Assembly (NCBI RefSeq): GCF_009914755.1
Contig: NC_060934.1
Reading direction: 5' to 3' (one strand)
Origin: the human T2T-CHM13v2.0 reference genome, Homo sapiens
DNA length: 64,000 nucleotides
Of the stretch, positions 1-15,704 are shown in pieces. The number at the start of each line of letters is the position of its first letter. Positions within the stretch are counted from its first letter, which is position 1. Both the position numbers and the translations under genes were made by a program. The notes beneath the pieces are model-generated. The model was not told where the DNA came from, made no database searches, and was given only the letters and a program-made list of their open reading frames with translations.

Positions 1-693
1 GGTTCAAATAACACAGATAGAATCACTGTAGGATTGTTCTATGAAATAAAACATTCCCAAGGCATTATCCAAAACCTCTTTGGTAGAAGAGTTGGTGAAC
101 AAGGATTTAGTTTTATTCCCCTTACACAACCATCATTTTCCCAGAGACTAAAATAACTCCTCTCTCTGCTTGCCATATAGGGTTGCTGTAAGGATAAGTT
201 ATCTGAAAACTCTCTGGGAAGCATAAATAGCTATGCACAAAGCTCCTAGAAATAGTGATATTTAAACTGGTATATCCTTTGCATTTATAAGGAACACATG
301 ACCAGGAAGTTAGTTCCTGGCATCTGTGAAATATTGAACCTTTCTGCATATGCCCTCATTTGGGGTGACTTGTTCTTTTGACATCACCTGAGTTGATATA
401 GTCCCAATACAGTTCTCTCTGCATTTTAAAAACAAACTTCATTCTTTGTTAGTTAGAAAAATTCTATTTGAACATCAATGGAAACAATGTAGGAGGGAAG
501 AAAGGATGAATCCAACTGTCTTTCCTAGGTGGCCCCTGGATATATAGTCATCCATGTAAATCCTGATACCGTCAGCAATTGAGAGCCATTTTGATCAATG
601 ATATTCTTCTGTTAATATCCTAAAGACATGAGTCAAATAGTTCATGAAAGTTCTAACATATAATAAGTACTTACTGTTTGTTAAAATCATTGA

Positions 694-1063
<370 letters not shown>

Positions 1064-2734
1064 TTAGTTAATGCAACTATCAGTTTATGGTCATGTTCTT
1101 TCCTTTGTTTTCATTGCAACCCCAGGTGCACACCACATCTAAGTATCAGAGACCAAGGTGATCAGTTTCAACACAAGCACTGGCAACCAAACTTTCCACC
1201 AAAGCAAAGATAACCTGCTGTTGGAACATTCCAACACTTTCGCTGCAACATTTTGAGGTTTTTTTCTGCTTTTATTTCCATGGCCAAAGTTTGTGCCTAA
1301 ATTTCATGACCCAGATGCTTTAATTAAGCCTAACATAACTAATCAATACCAGTGAAATGCTCGTGTAATTTAATAGAGCAGATAAAGCCCAGATATCTAA
1401 CAGTTAAGGATAAAGCATGCGGGCACGTGAATCAGTTTTTATCAGGGACTCAGTGGGATCATAATGTATTCTTTCAATCTGTACCAAAGGTAGTAGCAGG
1501 AAGCTATTTTATAGATTTCTTGGTAACCTGAGCTGATGTTATACCTGTTACAGGACTTTTCCAATCAAATAGAAACACAGCGGGATAAAAAAGATACAAA
1601 TGGTGATTTTATGACAGTCAATAAAAGCATGACTCTATAGTAATGGAAAATTTGTTCATGAATTGTGAAGTAGCAATGGCTCAGTTGGTGTGGTAATAAA
1701 ATAATTTGTGCCCTGCCTTTGGAAATTTTTTTAACGTGCTAGCATGTACCTTTAATTTACTAGTTTTCTCTTTCCTTTGAGGAGTCACCAAAGGCAATGA
1801 AACTTATTAAAAAAAAAAAGTATCTTAGTCAAATACAGACACCTAATCAAAACAGCCCCTTGAATGTCTTTTTAAACTAATTTATAAGCCATTACTTTTA
1901 TTCATGAAAGAAAATTTCAGCCCATTATGTGAAAAAAATAAATTTATATTTAGTTCTCTCTTCTCACGTAAATGGAAATGAAACATTTTATGTTTAAAAT
2001 GGTTAACCTCATGCCTCCCAAATGAGATATAGCTTTTCACTACCTTTTAAGTCATATGTTGGCCTATAGGAAGTAAAATGCAGGAAGAATTTATCACCAT
2101 TGTATGTGGTAATTTAAATGAACAACAAATCAAAAGCAAAGAAAAAAGAATCAGGGTCCTTTGGAGGAAGAGGGCAGGAATTATGTGATGTTCTACTTGA
2201 TCCAGAAAAATGTATTCTGCCCGGAATACTTCTCCCTACTTTTTTCAAAGGAGGGTGCTATCCTCTAGGCTTCTGTTAGTGTCTCTGTGGATATTAATTT
2301 TCTGGGAAAATTTTCTTTGTTCCCACCTTTCCCCAGGGTTCTTAAATTATTATAAATAATTAAAATAATGGCAGAATTCTGTTTCCTAGTGAGCTTATAC
2401 AGTCAAATTAATGATCTGTAATTGTTTCACTCCAATAACAAGAGGCATTCATGTAGATTATATAACTTCGTCTTTGGTGTTAAAAACAAAGAAGATAATT
2501 ATTATCTCTGGAATATGGAACATGAAATCTTAAAAGGATGAAGCTACCTATAAAGGCTTTCTTGCCCAACAAACCAATTCAATTTTCTTTAAACTTCTAA
2601 AATTTTGCATAAACACATCTGAGAGCCTTATTTCAAAGTGAGTGCTATCTTGCTCTTAATAGGAAAGCAAAGACCACTAGTGAATTTGAACCAAAAACGC
2701 TTCCATTCTGTGTGTTCCTTTACCCTTTCATTCA

Positions 2735-3133
<399 letters not shown>

Positions 3134-3414
3134 CTACCAGACACCATGCTCTGTGCAGCTATTGCTGCTGTGTCCTCATCACACCCAGGGAAAGAGTAGA
3201 ACCAGCAGGTTTCCTATAAATGGTAAGTGAACTTGTCACCTGCTGATAGGAAACATGATTATTCTCTATACCAATTCCCCAGGGTTCTTGAGCCCAAATA
3301 TTTTAAGCAGCAAAGATAAATAATTATTCAAATATTTCCATTGATTGTAAGAAAGCCAGACTAACTGCTTTTCTGAAATAGTTACTGGAAGCTTTATATT
3401 GCTTTATTATTCTC

Positions 3415-3685
3415 TTTTTTTTTTTTTTTTTTTGACAGAGTCTCACTCTGTCACCCAGGCTGGAGTACAGTGGCACAATCCTGGGTTCAAGCGATTCTTC
3501 TGCCTCAGCTTCCTCAGTAGCTGGGACTACAGGCATGTACCAAGCCCAGCTAATTTTTTGTATTTTTAGTAGAGATGGGATTTCACCACGTTGGCTAGGC
3601 TGGTCTTGAACTCCTAACCTCTTGATCCACCCACCTCGGCTTCTCAAAGTGCTGGGATTACAGGCGTGAGCCACCGCACCCGGCC
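3415..3685 (-). mobile_element. AluS-type SINE with ~24-bp right-arm deletion, inserted in the tail of an older Alu
   Basis: Poly-T then GACAGAGTCTCACTCTG...CACCCGGCC; GGCACAATC is joined directly to CTGGGTTCAAG. Confidence 0.95.
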
Positions 3686-3696
3686 TATTATTATAC

Positions 3697-3995
3697 TTTT
3701 TAATGATACAGGGTCTCACTCTATGGCCCAAGCTGGAGTATAGTGGCGCAATCATAGCTCACTGCGGCCTCAAAGTTCTGGGCTGAAGTGATCCTCTCAC
3801 CTTGGCCTCCCAAGTAGCTGGGACTACAAGAATGTTCCACTAGGCCTGGCTAATTTTTTTTGTTGTTGTTTTTCGTAGAGATGGGGTCTTGGTATACTGC
3901 ACAGGCTGGTCTGTAACTCCTGGCCTCAAGACATCCTCCCACCTAGGCCCCCCAAAGCACTGTCATTGTAAGAGTCAGCCACTGTGTACCCAGCC
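3697..3995 (-). mobile_element. AluJ-type SINE
   Basis: Antisense dimer CAGGGTCTCACTCT...ATCATAGCTCACTGC...CCCAGCC. Confidence 0.93.
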
Positions 3996-4126
3996 TATAT
4001 TGATTGCTTTTATATGTTGCATGATAGCCTAGCCAAGCACTCTCTTCAGTTTCCTGAACTGCATAATCACCCTAGAGCCAATTGCTCTTCACTCCATTCC
4101 TGACCCTTCCACGTATCACCTTGCTC

Positions 4127-4281
4127 TGTGACCCTAACCTCTCTGTGCCTCATCTAATCTGTAGAGTAGGAATAAAAATGGGACCTATCTACCCAACAGA
4201 GTTATTATAAGGCTCAATAGAGGTAAAACCATTAGCATAGCCTCCAGTACATAGTAAGCACTCAGCAAATGTTAGCTATTG
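4127..4281 (+). mobile_element. MIR fragment
   Basis: TGTGACC..AACCTCTCTGTGCCTCA core and 3' end ACATAGTAAGCACTCAGCAAATGTTAGCTATT. Confidence 0.85.
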
Positions 4282-4519
4282 ATTCTGATTTGGGCGGTGG
4301 GGATTAGAGCAATTCATAACCTAGTCTGAAAGAGACAAAAACAGCCGTTTTCAGTTCATTGACAGCCATCCACAAAGGTGGGTAATAATATTTTGTTATT
4401 AACCATTTCATCTTTCTGAATATCATCATTTCCTCCTATCTAATTTGGTCCTAAGTGAACATAACTTAGCCCTATCTTGTGGATCCACTTGGGCTGCGTT
4501 TCATGAGGAGAGGAAGGGC

Positions 4520-4710
4520 AGACAGTGGGATGGTGGGAACTGAGTTGTCGTCAGAAGCGCTGGGGCTCTGCCCTTGACTACCACTGTGCAGGACTTACGG
4601 CAGGCAACTCATCTATAAATAGGGATATTAAATCTACTTATGTCATAGGCTCATTGAATTAAATAAGTTTTTAAAATATGATAACATTTACTGTAGAATA
4701 TCAGGCAAAG
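4520..4710 (+). mobile_element. MIR fragment (degraded)
   Basis: CTCATCTATAAATAGGGATATTAAATCTACTT resembles the MIR core. Confidence 0.55.
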
Positions 4711-6448
4711 GTAAAGGACTGCTGTCGTCTTCAATAGCGTGTTTCCTGCCTACCATTAATCTGCTTCCTTTCTCCTTGCTTTTGGAGCTGCCCGGAGATG
4801 GCTCTCATTGCCAGCACCCCCTTTGGGTGATCGCGTAAATGATTACATGTGATCACCTATGAAAAGCGCCACAAACAACAGGACAGTTTCTTTAGATATG
4901 AGACCCCTTCCCTAACTCATTTCTCCACCTTTATCTGTGGCCCTATGTTGGGAGACCCAATGGTACAGAATCTGGGGAGCAAGGATTTTTAGAAGAAAGC
5001 TGCAATGCCAAAGATTGTATCATCACAGCCTATAGCGAACGCTGACAAGATATTCTCGGTTAAAAAAATAGAGAGAAATTTTAAGATAATATGACACTCT
5101 ACAAAGCATCATTTAGGTCTGCCTATTTAAACCTCTTTATCCAAAGCAACCCTCGTTAATCACGAGTCCAGTCTCTTGGTTTGGACCCAAGTCATCTTGA
5201 TGATCAACTGTTGCATGTAACCTGGGTGGGCTTGGCTGGGCTTTTGCCTGAGGCCGTTTTTGCCCTCTCCTTCTGCAATTGAATTCAGCCTATAAAGCAC
5301 AATAAAGTAAGCAGAAATAAAAATCTTAGGAAAGCCAGTTGGGGGAAAAATATGAATGCAAATCCTAGAACTATCATTTAAAACCCACTGGATGTGAAAC
5401 AAAATGTTCTGCCTAGTAACACAGATTAATAAAATAATTAAGCCACATTAGACAGGTGATGTTTTAGTCAATTTGGTGTGGGTAAAGCACTCTCGCACAG
5501 ATTGCAACTTCTGCTCAGAGACTATAAACATTTGCATTTTATGAGTTTTTAAAAGCATATCTTATTTTAAATTCAAAACCTTAATGTCACATGCAACTGC
5601 TTTTGATGAAAAGTTATTCCTGCACTATTTGGGGAGAGAAGCCAAATGCTGGGTTTGGGCAGAGGTTTTGAAGTAGGCTGAGGTCAATCTTTAAAAGTAG
5701 CCAAATAGATCTAGTTTGAAATATTAATCATTTGTTTACACATACTTAATGCATTTTACCCCTGTTAATCTACACGGAGATACACTTGGAATTTAGAAGC
5801 AATCTATACCCAACCATCAAATATTGAGTGTCTCTTTAGAAAAGTAATTGGTAAAACGCAAAGCTACTATTTGTTCTCTTTGATTAATGTTTACCAAGTG
5901 GAAGTTTTGGAACAAAATAATACTTCAGTGTTCAATACCTACTAATGCTTCCTCTCCTCATCAACACCTTAGCCCTTTCTTATCTTCCTTCTTATCGTCT
6001 TTTGAAACTGGAGTGCAATAAATATTTTCTTGAATTAAATTTTAATTTTTAGGAAGGATTTGCATTTCCTCTGGACTATAGACATATCACCTTTTAAAAG
6101 TTCCCTCTAGGTAAACCACTGATATATCCACTTCCCATTCCATACGTGGCTTCTCTTCAGAATCACTAAACACAGTCAGTTACAGCACATTGGGGGTCTA
6201 TAGAACAGCATTTCTCCCCCTCTCAGCTCCTTCTGATCACTTTACTCCAGAGGAATGCTTTCATCTCTGGATAGATCCCAGAGCCTGGCATGTGCAATGG
6301 GTTCAGGGTTTGAGGAATGAATTAATGAGCATCTTCATCTGTAAATTGAGGGTCATGAAACCTATTATGCCCATTTTAATGATTAAACGAGGCATAGTTC
6401 AGGAAAGCTTTTTAAATGTAGTAAAATGATATATAAACATAAAGTGTT

Positions 6449-6772
6449 GGCCAGGCATGGTGGCTCATGCCTGTAATCCCAGCACTTTGGGAGGCTAAGG
6501 CAGGAGGATTGCTTGAGGCCAGGAGTGGGACCAGCCTGGGCAACAAAGCAAGATCCCAACTCTACAAAAAATAAAAATAAAAGAGCCAGGCCTGGTGGCA
6601 CAAACCTGTAGTCCCAGCTACTTGGAGGCCAAGGCAGGAGGATTGCTTAAGCCCAGAAGTTGGATGCTGTAGTGAGCTGTGATTGTACCTGTGAATAGTC
6701 ACAGAACTCCAGTCTGGGCAACAAAGCAAAACCGTCTTTCTAAAAATAAAAAATAAAAAACTTAAAAAAAAA
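6449..6772 (+). mobile_element. AluJ-type SINE (Jo-like)
   Basis: Dimer with GGAGGATTGCTTGAGGCCAGGAG and an A-rich tail. Confidence 0.95.
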
Positions 6773-8774
6773 CGCTTATTAAAATTACATGCCTTTGAAT
6801 AGTGCATGTTAAAAAATATTTGAAAGAATTTCAGAGGTAAGAAATACCTGTAGACCCATAAGAATTTGCATTGCTTAAATAGCCTTGTTCCCTAAAAGAA
6901 ATTAAATAAGGGCAGTCTCCTTAAAGCCTGAATTGAAAAATTGAAAACACAACTATGTCCCTTTTTCTTTTCTCCTCTCAACTCTTTGACTGAGAGCCAA
7001 GCCCTTAAAACAAGATTATTTTTATAATTAAAAACTTCTGCTCTTTTCAAGAATAGAATGTTATAGCTTATTGCTTAAAAAGCAGCAACATGTGACTTTC
7101 CACAGAGAAAGAGACTGCTGTGTATGAACCAGCAAAGACACTTGATTTTCTATGACCAGCCAGCCAGGGGTGATGGGAAAAATTAACAATGACTTCTGTG
7201 AGTGACCTGAAAGTTATCACTATATTTCCAGAAGCTGACTGTAGCATTTCTTTTTAAAATAACCACCTGGATTATGTTGACTGGGGCAGAGTGACAGCAA
7301 TACTGAGATTTCAGAACTGGGCAGGCTAAGAGATAATAGAGCAAGGCCCTCCCTCTTATGACAAGAAAATGGTACCTCTCTTCCTTCATTTTGGATGTTG
7401 ATATTCATCTTATTCGATTAAAAGGAAGTGTGAACATCTACAAAATTGATTCCTCCCTCATCCATCATTATGTACTATAATATTCATATGTTTTATCTTT
7501 TCTCTGAGTTTTAATTCATGGTATCTATGAGGAACAAGGATTTTTGAACCAGCTGTAGTCAATCGGAAATATGGACCATTCCCTAAATTCATCGTTTTTT
7601 TGTACATGGCTGGAGTTTCCTCAGAACAGGTGGTGGTGTCGTTGTTGTTTTAATGGGAAGCATTGCGCTGTGAGTATAAAGAATGAGTCTAGCTGTCTAA
7701 AGTAAACGTCAACTATGTCTTGACTTTTGGTCATCTGAAATGGAAGTTCTGTTGGTCTGAACTGTTTCTAAGCAATGTCTCCAGCATCCTGGAGAGGAAA
7801 TTCTCAGGGTCTTCTAAAACAGATGCATCAACAGAGAGCTGCCCTATTGGAGACAATAAGGACTCCATGAGTGTTTTGCAAATGTATCTTCAATTCTTAG
7901 TTAATTTGAACAGTGTTTGAGAGGTTCTTCCAGAAATTCCAAATGTTTTACCAATTAGCTTTTGCCTTAAAATGTGAATCCATTTTTTGAATCTTGACCA
8001 AGACTTCTAAGGTGCCCAGTGTACACAGTTCCTCATTTTTTTTAAAGCACATAACTCCACCACTTGTATGGAAAAGGGAGTTGGTGATGTTTGAGAACAA
8101 AGGACTAAAGCATAGAGAATTTCTGGAAGTATCTTTGTACCATTCTGGGAGGACGAGAAAGGGGATTTTAGAGGAGGTGAAAATTTAAAGCACAATATGT
8201 ATTCCGTGAACAGCCAATGCATTTTGAAAATGATTTGTGAGCTTTATTTGAAGTCACATCTCATTGACAACATTCTTCGCCTCTTGGAGGTATGGGAGCC
8301 CCAAATATTACTATAAGGCTAGTAGGAAGACTAAGGTTTTTTTTAAAAAAATGCAACTATGATTATTTCATCTCCAATGGACCAGTAATCTTTCATATCA
8401 ATACGTTAAAGCACTTTAGAATCAATACACTGATACATTCAATAATGAAAAGTTGAATTCTTCACATTTATGTATCAAGCCTAGCTGACTTCAAGAAGCA
8501 GAAAGAGAGGCCCTGCTCTTGAACTCTGTAACCATTGTAAATCACCTCATCTCTGCATTTTCCATAAAAATTTCATTCTTTTATTTTAAGTGAAAACCAA
8601 AAAAATTAAAACTTTTTTACATTAACCATGTCGCGTTCTTGTCCTGGAGCCTTCTCTTCTAGGATGGACAAATTTGGGGTATTCATTTCATGTCCCTTGG
8701 TCTCAATTTCCTCATTGATAAAGTGAAGGCCTCCTGGGCTGTTAGAATCTTTTTGCTTTAAAAGTACAAGATTA

Positions 8775-9106
8775 GGCTGGGTGTGGTGGCTCAGGCCTGT
8801 AATCCCAGCATGGTGGCTCATGCCTGTAATCCCACCATTTTCAGAGGCCAAAGCGGGCAGATCATGAGGTCAGGAGTTCAAGACCAGCCTGGCCAACATG
8901 ATGAAACCCCATCTCTATTAAAAATACAAAAAAATTAGCCAGGCATGGTGGCAGGTGCCTGTAATCCCAGCTACTCAGGAGGCTGAGACAGGAGAACCGC
9001 TTGAAGCCAGGAGGCGGAGGTTGCAGTGAGCCAAGACCATGCTATTGCACTCCAGCCTGGGCAACAGAGCAAGACTCCGTCTCAAAAAAAAAAAAAAAAA
9101 AAAAAG
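8775..9106 (+). mobile_element. AluS (Sg-like) SINE with internal 27-bp tandem duplication
   Basis: Full dimer; TSD AAAAGTACAAGATTA / AAAAGTGCGAGATTA; 8784-8810 repeated at 8811-8837. Confidence 0.97.
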
Positions 9107-10009
9107 AAAAGTGCGAGATTATTCTGCAACCTAAGTATGTGGGTGTGGTCAGTTACACTCAAAGGGCTTCAAACTGAAAAGGACTAATTTTCTATCCTAT
9201 CTTTCTCTCAAGTCCTTACCTCCTGTAAATGATTGTAGCCCCTAAATTTCTTTAAAAATGGCTCAAAAAGGCTTTGTGGAATTGATTTAATGATTGTATC
9301 TGTTGGGATATTTACAAGTGATGGCAAATTTGACATAAATTCAGAAAGCTCTGAAGGGGGCATGATTTTTAGTTGAGTCATAAAACCTAAAGGTGGCAGC
9401 TACGTAAGACATTTCATTCTGATTAGTATAACCACTTTTCAAAGCCTCTTTTATTCTGTTTTGAAAATGTGTTCAATGTTAGCACTAACTTTTGTGAATT
9501 ACTTTGGGGTTTACTTTAGCTTTTTACCAGTATTCCAATTCTTAGCTCCATTATCAACTCTAATTTCCCTAAGGGTGGCTTTCTTTCTGTATTACTGACA
9601 AATCAATTTTTTTGTTTGTTTTTGGATACAAGTTGAAAAGTGACTCTAATTACCTAACAGTAATAATATAACTACATCAGTAAATGTTGACCTCTATTCA
9701 GGGTGTTCTTTCTGTCAAAGGAGGAGAGAGCACCTCTCTAGTTTGACAGGGTGATAAACAAACTGAATCCAAGTGGTCGATTCCATCACCTGGGGTGAAA
9801 TGTAGTAGCTATTAAATAGTCCGCAACAGTACGGGATTGTGACGGGTGAAGAACAAAAAAGATTTCTTCATTTATTGCCTGATGTAATGTATACTCACGG
9901 CTGGTGGTCCTCCTTAGACTGCCAGAGAAAATCCCAACTTCATTGTAATACATTTCAACTCTAGTAACTTGAGTTTCTACCTTGGATACAGCCTTCAAGC
10001 CACATGTGG

Positions 10010-10230
10010 AAATGGAACAAGCAGAGGCTGAGAGCCAGACGGACTTGTTTTCTAATCCCATTTCTTCCTCATGGGAGCTTGTCAACTTGGGCCAATAATA
10101 CCAGCTCTGTGAGCAGCATTTTCTAGGTGTAGTAAATACAGGCTATGATGATGACTCTCTTGGCGACGTGTTATAATCACTAAATGCAGAACGATATTCG
10201 GGTTGCCTGGTATACCATTCAGTGCTCCAG
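10010..10230 (+). mobile_element. MIR (degraded)
   Basis: GAGCCAGAC..CTAATCCC..ACTTGGGCCAAT..TGCCTGGTATA layout matches MIR. Confidence 0.6.
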
Positions 10231-10248
10231 TTCGCTTCCTTCCTTCCC

Positions 10249-10648
10249 TTATTTATTTATTATTTATTATTTATTTTGCCATACCGATAGCTGGTTTTAG
10301 TTTTTTTAGAGAAAATTCTACAATTAAAAAAAAAAAGAGTTCCAAAACATTTAACAGAATTTCCAGCAATGATTATTTCTGAAATGTAAAGATTTGAAAC
10401 ATAATTTATGCAAAACTAAAAGCCAGAAGGACTCATTCTTGCTTTTTCCTTTTTTAAAACAATCTAGACCATTTGTCACAAGAAAGTTCAGCATGTTATA
10501 GCAGCTGCAGCCTCAGTCACCCTCAGAATTGCTGTCCCTCCTCGTGGGGACACAGCACCCCACTGAGGACACCAACACACCTTCAGTCGGCTTCTTAGGG
10601 TTTTCCTCCAGGTCCATCTTAGTGGCTCCAGATTCAGAATTTACTCCA
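10249..10648 (-). pseudogene. PDCL3: 5'-truncated processed pseudogene of phosducin-like 3 (C-terminal 41 codons, 3' UTR, decayed poly(A))
   Basis: Minus strand 10638-10513 reads [41 protein letters not shown]. This aligns without gaps to the remembered PDCL3 C-terminus [41 protein letters not shown] (28/41 identical, same stop). Followed by ~235 nt of UTR-like sequence and an (AAAT)n tail at ~10249-10277. Confidence 0.9.
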
Positions 10649-10649
10649 T

Positions 10650-11074
10650 GCCTAGGGGTGAAGTAGAGGGTTGGCATCCAAGGCTAAGAGGGTGGCACGG
10701 CTTTTTCCGTTGTGTTTGGCTGGTGTCCAGGGGTCATTGTCCATGTGTTTTCTGCCTTTCTAGATTGTGCTTCTCTTGATCCTCTGGCTAGACAGAGCAG
10801 CCGTTTCTGCTGACATGTTTTGTCTGCTCTCATTGGAGTTTCTAGGTCATCAGCTTCTAGAGTTCCCAACCAGGGAAATTTAATTAAGGCAAAAAGAAAA
10901 CCCACCATATCGTTCATCGAGTCCCAAGGTACCTCACCGACCTGCCTTTCTCTCTCCCGCTTTTAGAATCTTCCTAAGTTTGTTTCATTGTGTAATGTTC
11001 AGGGTGTTTGGCTGCACTGAACAGGAGGAATAGGGAGAAATGTGTTTGCTCCATTTGGTCATGAACTGGGACTC
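10650..11074 (-). mobile_element. Old L1M (L1MC/MD-type) 5' UTR fragment
   Basis: Minus strand ATGGAGCAAACACATTTCTCCCTATTCCTCC..AACACCCTGAACATT..GGGTTTTCTTTTTGCC resembles the remembered L1M 5'-end consensus. Confidence 0.7.
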
Positions 11075-11224
11075 AGATTTTCTGTAGTAATGTTTACTTT
11101 GGGGGGAAAATGTTTAAATGTTGTCCTAGTTTCCTACCTTTATAAGCACCTACCTCAAACAATTTAATCCTTTAGTATTAAGAATGATGCTATATGTACT
11201 ATGATTACCACATAGTATAGTAAG

Positions 11225-11619
11225 TGTATTAGTTTGTTCTCACATTGCTATCAAGAAATGCCTGAGACTGGTTCATTTATAGAGAAAAGAGGTTTAATTG
11301 GCTCACGGTTCTGCAGGCTGTACAGAAAGCGTGGCTGAGGAGGCCTCGGGAAATTTTGACTCATGGCGGAAGGCAAAGCCGAAGCAGGTGTGTTCTCATG
11401 GCTGGAGTAGGAGGAAGAGAGAGGGGGATGGCAGCACACACTTTTCAACAACCAGATCTCGTGAGAACTCTGTCACTAGGACAGCACTAAGGGGATGGTG
11501 CTAACCCGTTAGAAATCACCCATCACGATCAGATCACCTCCGGCCAGGCCCCGCTTCCAATACTGGAGATTACAGTTGAACATGAGATTTGTGTGGGGAC
11601 ACAGATCCAAACCCTATCA
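11225..11619 (-). mobile_element. MST (MSTA/B) solo LTR, ERVL-MaLR
   Basis: TGTATTAGTTTGTTCTCACATTGCTAT...GGGGACACAGATCCAAACCCTATCA, with TG..CA termini. Confidence 0.93.
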
Positions 11620-11921
11620 GGAGGTGTAAATGCTGTTGATTTCCCACCATAAGTCAAATTCCAGGAATCCCTTTCAGGGAAAAATAAGATCCCTCTAAGG
11701 GTTTCATCTGTTTGCTTCCATTTTCCTATGCCACTTTCTTTATGAAGCCACCTGTCCTAACTTTCTTAGACATTTTTTAAGTTCCTCCCAATATTTCCCG
11801 CATCATTTCTAAACCACTTCACTTTATATTGATACGGAACTAAACTCCAAGCTGGCTTTATATGTCATCATCATCCACAACACAGAACATCTGCCCTTGA
11901 TTGCACTATAAAGAAAAACAG

Positions 11922-12249
<328 letters not shown>

Positions 12250-12309
12250 TTAGAGATTCCTTTATGGTATACAGTTACTTTGTCAAATAGAAAATATTTT
12301 ATCTTTAAT

Positions 12310-12540
12310 CCAATTCATTTTTATTGAGTGCTACAATAAGCCTGGCACGGAGCTGCTGGGGACACAAAGATGAATAAGATTCTCCCCGTGTTGCTTACAG
12401 AAGAGTGAAGAGTCGGCTGCATACACTAGCCACAGGTAGAGGTGTCATGACTCATGCTGACTTGGGTTGGGAGAAGAGAGAGGGTTGGGGAAGTCTCTGT
12501 CTAGAGATGACCTTTGAGCTGGATCTTGAAAAATGAGAAT
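12310..12540 (-). mobile_element. L2 3' fragment
   Basis: ATTCATTTTTATTGAGTGCTAC..CTGGGGACACAAAGATGAATAAGA antisense L2 3' end. Confidence 0.7.
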
Positions 12541-12583
12541 GATTTTTTTTTTCTGATAAGTATGGAGTAGAGAAAAAAAATGT

Positions 12584-12992
<409 letters not shown>

Positions 12993-13916
12993 TCAGAAGA
13001 TAAATTTGCAGAGCTGATGATTATGGTTACATGGTGAATAGGAGAGGGTGGGGGACAGCAGGAGGACTTTTGTAAAGCATTTCTTCTGTGTCATTTGCTA
13101 TTTTATTGAATGTGTGCTCTGTTTTGTTTCTTTTCACCTGTCTCTGGTATACAGTGGTAATGTATGCACATTGTAAACTGCAGAGTGAGAATTTATTCTT
13201 TTAGGAAAACATCCTAAAGGTAGATTTCTTTCTCTCTCTCTCTCGTTAAGCCACGAGAACATGAACTGGTTAAATGATTCTACCGCCTCTAAATGTGGAA
13301 TATACTTGAGTTCTGGAGGGGAAAAGAATTGATTGCCTTAACAAGGTCTACTGCTAAACTGAACATATGTTGCTCATAATGTCACTTTCTAAATCAATGA
13401 AATTATCATTATAGAACATGTCGACAAATTAGACATGTAAAGCGCCGGCTGTATGTGGGAGAGATGTAATTTGGCTCCATAAAAAGAAAATTAAACAATA
13501 AAATATCAATGACAGATGTAGTTAGCTAAAGGTTTTGAGGTTTAAATACCAATTTGTGAGGGAAAAATTATGCAGACAAACTGAGAGGACCAGATAAAAA
13601 TACCAGTCTTCACAGGAGAGGAAGATTCGGTCTTTTGACCAGATGTTCTCAGACCTTAGCTGTGCCCTTTATTAAACAGGCAAATGCACTAACAAGTTTC
13701 TAACTTTCTAAAATCCCAACAAAGTAGGTTAGTCATGGTAAGAGAAATACAGCGAATCAAATATCAATTCATTTCTTTTATTGGAAAGAGTATAGCAGAT
13801 GAGGTGAGAATTGGTAAAGACATGTTTTTCCTCGCAACGGCTGCTTCAAGGATAATTTGTGTTATGTTTCTCAGAAAGCAACATGCCAAAAAGCCACAAG
13901 TTCCAAGATATTCCTA

Positions 13917-14321
<405 letters not shown>

Positions 14322-14532
14322 CTAAGATATAAAATAAATGAAAATTAATCTTGTTCTATACATTAACAGGTATTCTTAGTGAGTATCAGGAATAACTGGT
14401 GAAGTAGTAAATTCTCTTCAGTTTTCAATGCACTTTATACATCTTCAGCATCTGTGGATTAAGATAGAGAAAATGACACTATCCCAAGATTACGGAAGTT
14501 CTGGAAAATCTCAACATCAATAAAATTTACTA

Positions 14533-15520
<988 letters not shown>

Positions 15521-15663
15521 CTATCTCCCAATCACCATCCCTTTCCCAAAGAGGCAAGTTTGATTGAACATTAAATATTGCAGTAGTCCACATCTGAGGC
15601 TTTTCCTCCAGTCGAATCACTTTTTCCAAATTGGATTTATATGTTAAGGAAGCAAAGATCCTG

Positions 15664-15669
<6 letters not shown>

Positions 15670-15701
<32 letters not shown>
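15670..15701. repeat. (AC)16 microsatellite
   Basis: Read directly. Confidence 0.99.

Positions 15702-15704
<3 letters not shown>

Noticed and set aside
4826-4857. GGTGATC...GATCACC stem-loop
   Set aside because: Only 7 Watson-Crick pairs before G-U pairs are needed, which is expected by chance in 64 kb.
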